Positions 38,667 through 48,154 of a DNA stretch of 64,000 nucleotides are shown one piece after another. Every line of letters starts with the position of its first letter. Within the stretch, counting starts at the first letter, position 1. The position numbers and the translations under genes are program-made. The stretch comes from Andalucia godoyi And28 (taxonomy: Eukaryota; Protista; Jakobida), in contig VRVR01000009.1 of assembly GCA_009859145.1 (NCBI GenBank), forward strand, positions 212,392-276,391, read 5' to 3'. The notes under the pieces are model-generated. The model did no database searches and was not told where the DNA came from. It was given only the letters and a program-made list of their open reading frames with translations.

Positions 38667-41000
38667 TCACGCACGCCTAGAAGACATTGGTCTACCGGTT
38701 CGTGCAGTGTAGAGTTCGCTTCGAATAATCTCGAGTGCACGCATCTTCTGTTTCGTCTGGTCATCCCAAGCACCATCATTCAGATCCACATCGTCATCAA
38801 CACAAAAATTCCTCGATTCTCCATCAATCGAACTCAGATCATCTTCGAGGCTCAGCGGGCAGGCCGCTTTTCCTTCGTTGTCGTCCTCGTCGTGGTCCTC
38901 GTCGTGGTCCTCGTCGTGGTGGTGGTCGTCCTCATGATCATCCTCTGTCATCACCGCTGATTCACCAAGTCCTTGTCGGAAGCCCTTCCAAAGCGCATCC
39001 GCGACCTTTTGAGCCCGTTCCAGGGAATGGCTTGTTCGGATCATGATGCGCATGATGGCAAACACCACTGAAAAGTCCAGAGCAATCAGTCCTTTCTTGT
39101 CGCAGTATTTCCACAGTTTCTCGGAGAGCGATGTGGAGGCGACCCTTGAACTTTCTGGAAGATGCGGCACATTGAGCAGACGGTGTATGAATTCGAGAGC
39201 GTACAAGACGGTAATGCGTTGGTAGCCAGCCATGTGAAAATCAATCCACTCCGACACAATATAAAGCCACCGTTCTCGATCGGATTGTGAAATTGCATGG
39301 GCTCCATCATTTTCATCATTGCCACATGCCTCTCCAAGCAAGAATGTCGACTCAGACACTACTGGCAACTTTTGTTGCACGGACAAAAACATGGCTCGAA
39401 TTGCATTCGACACGACCTCACCTTCCTTCTTCGCCAGCAGGATTCGCTGTTCGCGGGTCAGGCTCGTCCCCTTCTTTTTCCAGATAGACATCGAAGACTC
39501 GAAGAATTCGGGCAACGCAGAAGCAAAGATGGAAGGGCACCAAGAAACACACGCAACTAAATCGGAAAGGAACTCCGAGTCGATTCCTATCAAGTCATTG
39601 GATTTGTCGTGCAACAAACACTGCAGGACTGATACATGCTTCATGGGATGGAGCGACCCTAGCGAGACGGGCGGTGACGGAAATGAGACCACTCCAATGT
39701 GCACGGCAGACACACAGAGACCACACGCAGATTCACTAGACATATCCATAGTAGAAACCCAGTCAACGAGTTCTTCTCCCGAAGAATCGTGGTTTGCAAA
39801 CGAGACGCACGCTCGCACGACTGTCTTCAGCGTCTGTCTCGTGATTCTTCTAATTTCCCATACATTGGAGCACCACGTTCGCAGCAGAACGTCCAAACAC
39901 ACCAGCACTATCTTCTTTAAAAATGCGGGGTCGACGGAATGAGAGCTCGTGGAAAATGAAAAAGAGTGATCGGCATCGGGACTTAAACTGAGAGACAGGG
40001 ACTTTTTGTGAGCAGACGAATTTGTCGGAGACGGTGAGAACGCAGAGGATCTTCGAAGGTGTTGGGCTTCTCGCAACACATACAACGTTTCTTCTTGCGG
40101 AAACGTCTGTGGATAGAATAAAATATAGCGCCGCAGAAGGCTATCGAGACACATGAGCACAGATTCAGAGGTGTACCAATTCTCCTCGACATCCGATTGC
40201 CCGAATAGACAATCGACCAGCGACTGGTCACCACCGGACGTGAACAGCATGACGGCGCAAATGTACGAAACGGATTGTCGAACAGTGGATGCCGGATGTG
40301 ACATGGAGCTTCTCATGATGAGGAAGAAATCCTTTGTGGAGAAGAACGGGAGGTGGAGTTTTCTTGCAATGGAAAAGGACAGTCTCAGCAACGAGTCCGT
40401 GTAATAGTCATTCTGTTCCGGGATTGTGAAAGGAGATGTGGACTGCACAGATGCTGGCACCGATATGCAGCCTGCCATTCTCAATTGTTGCGCAAGATCC
40501 GATATGCATTGCTGCAGCAATAGCTCAACTTCGGACTGCAGCATCCCACGGGACAGTATGCCAGTCAGCGCGCGCCTCGCTTGTGACCGAACGTCCATGT
40601 TTTCATTCGCCATCCAGTTCCACAACACCTGAATTTCCTCGTTTCTCAATCGCACTGTGTCTGAAAACAGCAGGCTACTTCTTCTAATCAGCGCACATAT
40701 TGCTGCAGTAATACCGTCTCTTGTCTGCCACCTCCCATCATCCAGCGTTAACAGCCACGAAACCAACCCTTCGCACGTAACTGATTCCGAATCCAACAGC
40801 GCATTCGCCAGGAAACTCGAGGACAATGACCGAACCACAGACCATACATCCTTGATGCAAGCAGCAATCAGCGGCAGTGAGGCACGCGAGCACAGAGGAG
40901 ACGAATTTGTGAACAACGCTGCAGAGTACTTTCGAAGTCGCTCTTCAGGCGCCAAGATCGGCCATTCCTCAAACGCAGGATCTTCCAGCTTGTCCATCAT
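38667..41000 (-). CDS. HEAT/ARM-like helical repeat protein of unknown function, 777 aa
   Basis: Long ORF with HEAT-like segments (ENMDVRSQARRAL, HPASTVRQSVSYI, NVWEIRRITRQTL) and a D/H/E-rich tract near the C-terminus. Confidence 0.7.
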   Translation of the reverse strand: MMDKLEDPAFEEWPILAPEERLRKYSAALFTNSSPLCSRASLPLIAACIKDVWSVVRSLSSSFLANALLDSESVTCEGLVSWLLTLDDGRWQTRDGITAAICALIRRSSLLFSDTVRLRNEEIQVLWNWMANENMDVRSQARRALTGILSRGMLQSEVELLLQQCISDLAQQLRMAGCISVPASVQSTSPFTIPEQNDYYTDSLLRLSFSIARKLHLPFFSTKDFFLIMRSSMSHPASTVRQSVSYICAVMLFTSGGDQSLVDCLFGQSDVEENWYTSESVLMCLDSLLRRYILFYPQTFPQEETLYVLREAQHLRRSSAFSPSPTNSSAHKKSLSLSLSPDADHSFSFSTSSHSVDPAFLKKIVLVCLDVLLRTWCSNVWEIRRITRQTLKTVVRACVSFANHDSSGEELVDWVSTMDMSSESACGLCVSAVHIGVVSFPSPPVSLGSLHPMKHVSVLQCLLHDKSNDLIGIDSEFLSDLVACVSWCPSIFASALPEFFESSMSIWKKKGTSLTREQRILLAKKEGEVVSNAIRAMFLSVQQKLPVVSESTFLLGEACGNDENDGAHAISQSDRERWLYIVSEWIDFHMAGYQRITVLYALEFIHRLLNVPHLPESSRVASTSLSEKLWKYCDKKGLIALDFSVVFAIMRIMIRTSHSLERAQKVADALWKGFRQGLGESAVMTEDDHEDDHHHDEDHDEDHDEDDNEGKAACPLSLEDDLSSIDGESRNFCVDDDVDLNDGAWDDQTKQKMRALEIIRSELYTARTGRPMSSRRA

Positions 41001-41740
41001 TGCTGGATTTAAAGGCCTTTTGAATTGATGATATCTTCTCTTTCTCTCTCTTTCTCTCTCTTTCTCTCTCTCCCAATTAGTAGTCGCGGTACGTGATGGT
41101 TGCCAGCAGTAATCAAATGACCAAATAACCCAAAGAAAAGAAAGATGAAAGATATTGAAATTATGAAATTATGAAGGAAAGAATAAGGGAAAAGAGCGGC
41201 TGGTATACCGCAATACGTGTCCAGGACAATAGGAAATCAGGGGAGTCTGAAAGGGATGTGTGTGCGCCAGCCCTTTTTGGGGGAAACGTAGCAACGTGAC
41301 GACTGATGATGAGCTGTTTGCTTGCAACTGAACAGGAGAGAGTACAGTACCGAAAGAGTGAAGGAAAAAGACACTTGAGGTCTTGAGTCTTCGAGTCTGT
41401 TTGGCTTTTTGAAGTATTTTTTGATCAATTCTGTAAGGGCGCTTCCATAAAATTTCAATTCAGAAATTCCAGCAATTCCCTGCACTGATTTAAATGGTGT
41501 GTGCCCTAAGGTGGTTTGAAGAAGGGGAAAAAAAAGACTGTAGCTGATTGTGGACCCTTTTCGCCATTTTGACACGAAGGTCCTCATTTCCTGACTGTTC
41601 TGTGTTTTATCTTTCACCGTATTCTCTTTCTTTCTTTCTTCGTTCGTTCGTTCGTGTGTTCATTCTTCTTTTGTTTCCCCCTCACTTCTCTCTCTGTCTC
41701 TCTGCCTCTCCCTTTCCGTCTCTATTTCTCTCTACCTTTG

Positions 41741-41741
<1 letters not shown>

Positions 41742-41819
<78 letters not shown>
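41742..41819. repeat. Compound (CA)n-(TA)n microsatellite
   Basis: About 50 bp of CA followed directly by about 28 bp of TA, upstream of the 41905 gene. Confidence 0.95.
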
Positions 41820-41821
<2 letters not shown>

Positions 41822-41904
41822 ACCTTCTTCTTCTTCTTCTTCTTCTTTTGTTGTCATAGCAAATCCAAGTAGGGGCACTTCTTGTTTCAACGTCGTTATT
41901 AAAA

Positions 41905-43854
41905 ATGACCGACCTTGCTTCTTTGGAGGCTCAACTTCTCGCAGCGCCTACGGATAACAATGGTTCAGAGACCCTGGCTCATAAATTCATGGAATCCCCC
42001 CTCCAACCGTCATCATCATCATCGGCGGCGGCGGCGGCGGTTGGACCCTCGGGGTCAGCAGCAGGACGATCTTCGAGGATTCTTGGGATGCTGATGACAG
42101 ATTCTGCGCAGTCTTTTGGTTCACAAAATCTCGGTGCTGCGGTCACCACGGCGTCTGGATTGTCAAGGAACGACGTGGCTCCTCGGTCTGTTCCAGGAGC
42201 GCACTTAAACAAGATTATGTACACGAAAGAGTTCCTGATTTCTCTGCGAGATTCGCCTTTGGTGAAGGGAGCGAATGTCGTGCCTGCAATTATTGCAAAG
42301 CGAGAAGAGATTTTGAGGAGTTTGTCTGGAAACATGATCGGTAATCCGACCCGAAGATTACAGTCTTCGGCATCGTCCATGTCGTCGAATGCAGGGTCTT
42401 CATCATCGTCGTCATCATCTTCTTCTTCCGCATCCTCAGCGGCTTTTTCAAGTTCTCGAGGAAGAGGCGGCAGAAACGGTTCGAACAGCCGAAGTGCGTT
42501 CGGCGAAGGACGAGGATCGAATCGTAACAGCGGACATAACTCCAACTTGCATAATGCTGCGACATTTGGTGGTGGCAGGGGCGACTCCTTGATGGACGAC
42601 GAAACTCCAGAATGGCTTTCTGGTGGTGGCGCGGACTCGGATTTGTCATCGATGAGCAAGGCGACGGGTTCGCTGGAAAGGGAGCGAATTGCGTTTCAGA
42701 AACGCTCTGGTGCATTTTCAAAGCAGGATCCTGCTGTGATGGCGCAGGCAGCCGATTCCGTAGAGGAAGCCGCTTCCAGTCAGATTCAGCAATCGTCCGA
42801 TTTCTCGGGGGCGCGGAAATCGAGGTTCATGGGGATGTTTAGAAATGATGATGGGTCTTTGCAAGAGGAGGAAGGCGGAGCCGCTCATCTTCCTGTTGCT
42901 TCGGATGACCAAGATGTTCTCCTCGAACCGGCGATTCTCGAATCGGATACAGACCTGATCGAGAGCACGATGAAAAACTCGCCACCAAGGCCGCAGCAAC
43001 AGCACCCACCGGAAAAGAGTCCGGTGTCGACCCAGGCTCACCACGTGCATTCTCGATTGCCGCTTCATAACATTCCTGCGCATCCTGGTGTTCCTGCGTC
43101 TCCTAATCCAAAGCAAGAAGAGGTCATTAATCTCTTTTACCAGGATCCCCATGCATCGTTAGGACGGTCCTCATCAGGACCGCGTGCAGATTCGCTTCCC
43201 CACAGCGGCGTGGGCCACTTGCCAGTTCAGCAGGCCACACCGGGCACGTCGTTTCACGCACCTGGAATGCCTTCTAAAGCGGGCGCATACGGTCCAGGGC
43301 CCGCGCCGTCACATATGCTCCCCGGTCCGCCGTCGCAGTATCAAGAATACTTTCCGCCTGCGCAGCCCCCCGTGCCGGTGAACGCGAATGCTCACCCTGC
43401 TGCAATGCAGGGGCCAGGACCAGGACCAGGAATCCAGGGTCCTTACATGATGCCTTATATGGGGAGCCATCAGGGTCCGATGGCGATGGGAATGCCTCCG
43501 CACCCGGGAATGATGCACATGATGCACATGCGCCCTCCCCCACACCCCGGTCACGGGCCAATGATGATGGGGCCTCCGCCTCCTGGAATGGCCGGACCGA
43601 TGTTCTACCCACCGGGACCGGGAATGATGTCCGGACCTGCAATGTATGGCCATCCGTTTGCCGGCGTACCGAATCAAGCTCCTTCTGGAATGGACGTCTC
43701 CAACTCGGGCCCGCCTCAGATGGTACCCAACGGTTTAGAGCGATGGTTTGGGCCTGCTGGCCATGCTCCCCAGCAATCTCAGTTTGATGTCTCGTCCAGA
43801 AATGTCCGAGGGATGACTGCCGAAGATTTGGAGAGACAGTTATCGTCCTCTTAG
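41905..43854 (+). CDS. eIF4E-binding protein, 4E-T/Cup-like, 649 aa, mostly disordered
   Basis: YTKEFLI (42220-42240) fits YxxxxL-phi; also DDETPEW, SRFMGMF, a Pro/Gly/Met-rich region and C-terminal GLERWFG...MTAEDLERQL. Confidence 0.7.
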   Translation: MTDLASLEAQLLAAPTDNNGSETLAHKFMESPLQPSSSSSAAAAAVGPSGSAAGRSSRILGMLMTDSAQSFGSQNLGAAVTTASGLSRNDVAPRSVPGAHLNKIMYTKEFLISLRDSPLVKGANVVPAIIAKREEILRSLSGNMIGNPTRRLQSSASSMSSNAGSSSSSSSSSSSASSAAFSSSRGRGGRNGSNSRSAFGEGRGSNRNSGHNSNLHNAATFGGGRGDSLMDDETPEWLSGGGADSDLSSMSKATGSLERERIAFQKRSGAFSKQDPAVMAQAADSVEEAASSQIQQSSDFSGARKSRFMGMFRNDDGSLQEEEGGAAHLPVASDDQDVLLEPAILESDTDLIESTMKNSPPRPQQQHPPEKSPVSTQAHHVHSRLPLHNIPAHPGVPASPNPKQEEVINLFYQDPHASLGRSSSGPRADSLPHSGVGHLPVQQATPGTSFHAPGMPSKAGAYGPGPAPSHMLPGPPSQYQEYFPPAQPPVPVNANAHPAAMQGPGPGPGIQGPYMMPYMGSHQGPMAMGMPPHPGMMHMMHMRPPPHPGHGPMMMGPPPPGMAGPMFYPPGPGMMSGPAMYGHPFAGVPNQAPSGMDVSNSGPPQMVPNGLERWFGPAGHAPQQSQFDVSSRNVRGMTAEDLERQLSSS

Positions 43855-44870
43855 TTCCACCAATGCTATGCGACTTATGTAAATCTTGCCGGTTCACTAT
43901 CTTGCCCTTTCCCCAAGTTGCTGCTGGTGCAAAACAAGAAGAAGAAAACGCCTCTGTCTCGTCTTATCACACATCCTCGGTGATCTTTTCCTTATTCTTT
44001 AATACAGAGTAATTGTGCACCACTCTCGCTACTGGCGAATGTACTGTGATCCAGTCGCCGCTGCGCTAAGCTTCATTGCGAGCGTGAGGTGCATTAAAAT
44101 GTCATGTTAGCAGAGTTATTTGAATTCGCAATCTGCATGCTGTTAAGAAACGCCTTTTGACGACGTACATGGTTCTGGAGACCACACAGTGCCATGTGGC
44201 TCAAGAGAACCCCCCGCTGGTTCTTCCCCCCGTAAAATACACATCTGCATCGTCAAATATGTCTCTATCCATTGCACAGAGTAGTGCGGGTGTCTTCGAT
44301 GCTGTCTGCCTAGCGGAATCGATCTTCTGGGCTGCTAATGACTGCCGTTTTTTCGCAGTCTTCTTAGACATCTGCACGAGCAGAATTCCTTCGAGCCGCA
44401 GCTTTGCAGCGGAAGCCGATACTGACAGCAGTTCTGCGAGAACCGGTCTTCGTTTCCGAAACTTTCAGTTCCAGTCTGGACAAAGTACCTGGGGTTGAGC
44501 GGATTCCGCTGGATGGCACGTTTTCTAGGAAGAACGAGTTTTCGTTCCATAACTCGTACAGCTGCACAGTCTGGAACCTGCGCTCATGTTCTTGAGCGCG
44601 GTCTTTCACAGAGCAAGCGTATTACCGGTAGACGTGAAAGCCGCAGACCTCAACGGCGACGCCCAGGATCTGTCCTCTGCGGACTCTGCAGTTCAGCTGA
44701 ACGTCTGTAGTGCAAAAATGTCATCTAAATCGGACAAGTGCTGTTTTTTATATCGGACATTTCTGGGCAAATTGCCGAATACGCTTCTGCTTCTCTTCTT
44801 CTGCTTCTTCTTGTACTTTATGTTTATTGATCCTCTTCTATTTGCTGTGCAAACGAGTCGAGAAGCCAGT

Positions 44871-45483
44871 ATGGAGCCTGTACGCGTTGCGATCGGTTCG
44901 GATCATGGAGGGGTGGTCTTGAAACATGAAATCGTGCAGTTCCTCAAAACTCTGGACTGTGTTTCCAACGTGAATGACATAGGCCCATTTTCTGCAGATC
45001 GTGTATGTCTTTTTGTAAGCTTCTTTCGTGTTCCTTCTCGTTCTCGTTCTCCTTCCTTCCTCCCCTCCCTCACTCCTCTCACTCACTCACCCACCCACTC
45101 ACCGAATTGCTGTGTTATTGTTGATGGTGCAGGTTGACTATCCGGACTTTGCGAAACTCGTGTGTGATGAGGTGACGAGTAAGCGATCCGACTTTGGAAT
45201 CGTGGTGTGCGGATCGGGAATCGGCGTGTCAATTGCAGCCAACAAGGTTCGAGGCATTCGCTGTGGGCTTTGCCATGACCATTACTCAGCAAAGATGTGT
45301 AGACTTCACAATAATTGCAATGTGGTGGCTCTTGGAGAACGCACAACGGGCGTTGAGGTGGCGAAAGATATTGTGGACACGTTTCTCCGCACGCCTTTTG
45401 AGGGTGGTCGACATGTAGAGCGTGTCAACAAGATTATGGACCTTGAAGAGGGTTGCGGCAGCTGTGCATCGCATGAGAACTGA
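44871..45483 (+). CDS. rpiB: Ribose-5-phosphate isomerase B, 160 aa, two exons
   Basis: Exons 44871-45002 and 45133-45483, GTATGT donor, CAG acceptor. IGSDHGG, VDYPDFA, VCGSGIG, ANKVRGIR, HNNCNV, FEGGRHVERV. Confidence 0.93.
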
Positions 45484-45625
45484 ATTTTGCAGGATCCGAC
45501 TGGTACGATGATGTGGGCGAGTATGTTGAGGAGATGGGAAATTTTGGAAGGGTGTTTACTGCGAGGTTTCTTTGATGGTTAAAAGGTTGCGCAAGCCTAG
45601 AACGGTGGGCGGCGGGTCTTCCTTT

Positions 45626-47680
45626 TTACTCTGAGATTCCCAGTTCTTTCAGGAAGGCGACGTTGGACGGATCCCGACCCAGGAAATCTCGAATCAGCTC
45701 ATCGCCATCTTTGCTGCCGCCCTTTGAAAGGAGGGTATCGCGCAAGTGGAGGCCCACGCGAGATGAAAACACGTCGCCTCCTTCTTCAAACTTGGAAAAC
45801 AGATCGCAAGCCAGCAGCAATGAGTAAATGTAAGAGTAATATCCGGATCCATAGGACGATGCTAAATGGTTGAACGTGGCCGCAGGTCGTGTTCCGGGAG
45901 TGTGCATCACTCGCGAAATCTCGTGACGCATCTTTGCCCACAGCTCAACAATGTCGATGTCCTTGGCGGCTTGCTGGGATTTCACTGTATGCACGTGCAT
46001 GTCAAAGAAGCCAAAGAACAGCTGGCGACAGTAGAACAATCCGGAGCATGCACTGCGCGACCGAATGAGCCGCTCCATCATGTCATCGGGAAGCGATTCT
46101 CCCGTTTTGTAGTGCTTTGACAGCAAACGGAGCCCTTCCTTGTGCCACGTCCAATTCTCGAATGCCTGCGAAGGAACTTCCACAAAATCCAACTCAACCC
46201 GAGTGCCCGAGAACAGCGGATACTTCACTCGCGAAAGGATACCGTGCCATCCATGTCCCGCCTCGTGCAGGAAGGTCGTAACTTCTGAATGCCGCAACAA
46301 CGACGGCTGCGTCTCGGTTGCCTTTGTAAAGTTGCACACAAGCGCAGAAATCGGATACTGACGGGTCGTCGCGTCCACCTCATACGATGGCTGCAGAGAA
46401 AACGCTGCCGCATGTCCGTACTTTCCCGGCCTCGGGTACAAATCCAGATACAGCTGACCACAAAACTCTCCGGTTTCCTTGTCGTACACCGAATACAATT
46501 CGACATCTTCGTGCCACGTCTTTCCAGAACCAGCAGTATCCTCCTTCTCAACACGAACGTTAAGAACACGCTGATAAATGTCAAACATCCCCTTGATGAC
46601 ATGGTCGGTCGGGAAATATTGAGAAAGCTCGTTCTCGTTGATGGAAAAGTTCTTTTCTTTGAACTGCTCCATAAGATAATTGAAATCCCAAGCATTCATC
46701 TCTTTCTGACCGCGCGTCCGCTCTTCCAGGTCGAGCAAGGTGCGCTTCTCTTCCTCTGCCAGCGGCACAAGTTTTGCATGCAAGTTTTGCAGAAAGGACA
46801 TGACGTTCGGCACAGTCTTGGCCATACGCACCTCTAGAGCATAGTCCGAATAAGAATCGTAGCCCAGCAGCGAAGCAAGCTCTTGCCGCAGCTGAATGAT
46901 GCTCTGCATGGACGGAATGTTCTTTTCTGCACACCGATTGCCATACGTAAACTCCATCTTCTTTCGAGTCTCTTCAACCTTGCAATTCTTCAGAATCGGA
47001 AACATGACTGGATAATCCAGCGTGAGCACAAACTTGTCATCCCCGTTCTTTTTCAAATTCGCGATGAACTCCTCTGGCATTCCGGCAAGATCTGCACGAG
47101 AAACTTCGAAAGAGGTCTGGTCTTCCGCTAACTCTCGTCCAAAATTGATGCTCAGCTCATTCAGCTCCTTTTTCACTTCCTTGATGCGCTCGCGGATGTC
47201 GTCCGGCTTGTCAAGGCCATTGCGTCGGTAGTCGCGCATGAAGCGGTCCACCAATCGCCGATCCGTTTCTGAAAGTCCCGCATACTCGCCGGATGCTTGC
47301 ATATTGTCAAAAACAGACTTGACGGCTTGGAAGACATCCAGCCGCATTCCAGCCTCTACTGCATACGCCGACAGCAGCCGCCGAGCCTCCGTGCATGCAT
47401 CACGGGTCTCCTTGGAAGAGCTGACATAGGACGGGAAAGTCAGATTTGACTCCTCGGAAGCATGACGTCCATCAAACTTGGTCATTGCGGCGACCACTGA
47501 TGAAAAGGACCGTTGATCTGCAGGCATTGTCGCAATCGAATCAAGAAACGACTTGGAATTTTCAATCAGCGACTTTGCCTTGTCGACAATTTCCGCTGCA
47601 GGATAGTCAAAGCGAAGCAAGTTCTTATTCATAGACGACATGATAGCATAAAATCGAATGGGAACGCGAATAAAGTTCAT
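45626..47680 (-). CDS. M3A metallo-oligopeptidase (thimet oligopeptidase/neurolysin-like), 684 aa
   Basis: HEAGH (HExxH), DFVEVPSQAFENW, YLDLYPRPGKYGHAA, GYYSYIYS, FLGRDP. Confidence 0.93.
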   Translation of the reverse strand: MNFIRVPIRFYAIMSSMNKNLLRFDYPAAEIVDKAKSLIENSKSFLDSIATMPADQRSFSSVVAAMTKFDGRHASEESNLTFPSYVSSSKETRDACTEARRLLSAYAVEAGMRLDVFQAVKSVFDNMQASGEYAGLSETDRRLVDRFMRDYRRNGLDKPDDIRERIKEVKKELNELSINFGRELAEDQTSFEVSRADLAGMPEEFIANLKKNGDDKFVLTLDYPVMFPILKNCKVEETRKKMEFTYGNRCAEKNIPSMQSIIQLRQELASLLGYDSYSDYALEVRMAKTVPNVMSFLQNLHAKLVPLAEEEKRTLLDLEERTRGQKEMNAWDFNYLMEQFKEKNFSINENELSQYFPTDHVIKGMFDIYQRVLNVRVEKEDTAGSGKTWHEDVELYSVYDKETGEFCGQLYLDLYPRPGKYGHAAAFSLQPSYEVDATTRQYPISALVCNFTKATETQPSLLRHSEVTTFLHEAGHGWHGILSRVKYPLFSGTRVELDFVEVPSQAFENWTWHKEGLRLLSKHYKTGESLPDDMMERLIRSRSACSGLFYCRQLFFGFFDMHVHTVKSQQAAKDIDIVELWAKMRHEISRVMHTPGTRPAATFNHLASSYGSGYYSYIYSLLLACDLFSKFEEGGDVFSSRVGLHLRDTLLSKGGSKDGDELIRDFLGRDPSNVAFLKELGISE

Positions 47681-48154
47681 GAACCTTTATAGGCCAAAAA
47701 GAACAAACAAAAGAAAAATGAAAAATGAAAAATGAAAACAGGAAGAAAGAGCCGGATTTGAAACTTTGCATGCTCGATCTGAGAGGTAACTATGGGGAAG
47801 TCGAAGTTCAATTTGTTCTTTGCGTGGACTCGGGAAAAAGGAAAAAGAGGGGAGACAGAGAGAGCGAGACAGACAGATAGACAGACAGACAGACAGACAC
47901 ACACACACATATATATATATATATATGTATACCCAGACGCTACAGAAGTCAGCTTCTTTTATTACTACATCCTCGCATTCCTCGCATTCCTCAGAGATTT
48001 CCGAATTTCTGAATTCACAGTCCTACTGCCTCCGGGCTTACTCCTCGGTGCCCGTCGGTCTTTTCGGGTTGGCTTCATTTCATACGTCTTGTCCATGGCG
48101 AGTGGCGACGTTTGGGCGTGAGGGTCGGTGCCCCAGAATGAAGATCAAACGGTC

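Noticed and set aside
43975-44190. U3 snoRNA-like words (GGTGATCTTTTCC, GAGCGTGAGG)
   Set aside because: No box C TGATGA or terminal CTGA at the expected spacing.
44440-44470. SRP helix-8-like TTCGGAAACGAAG on the minus strand
   Set aside because: Lacks the conserved CAGG/GCAG internal-loop bases and any Alu domain.
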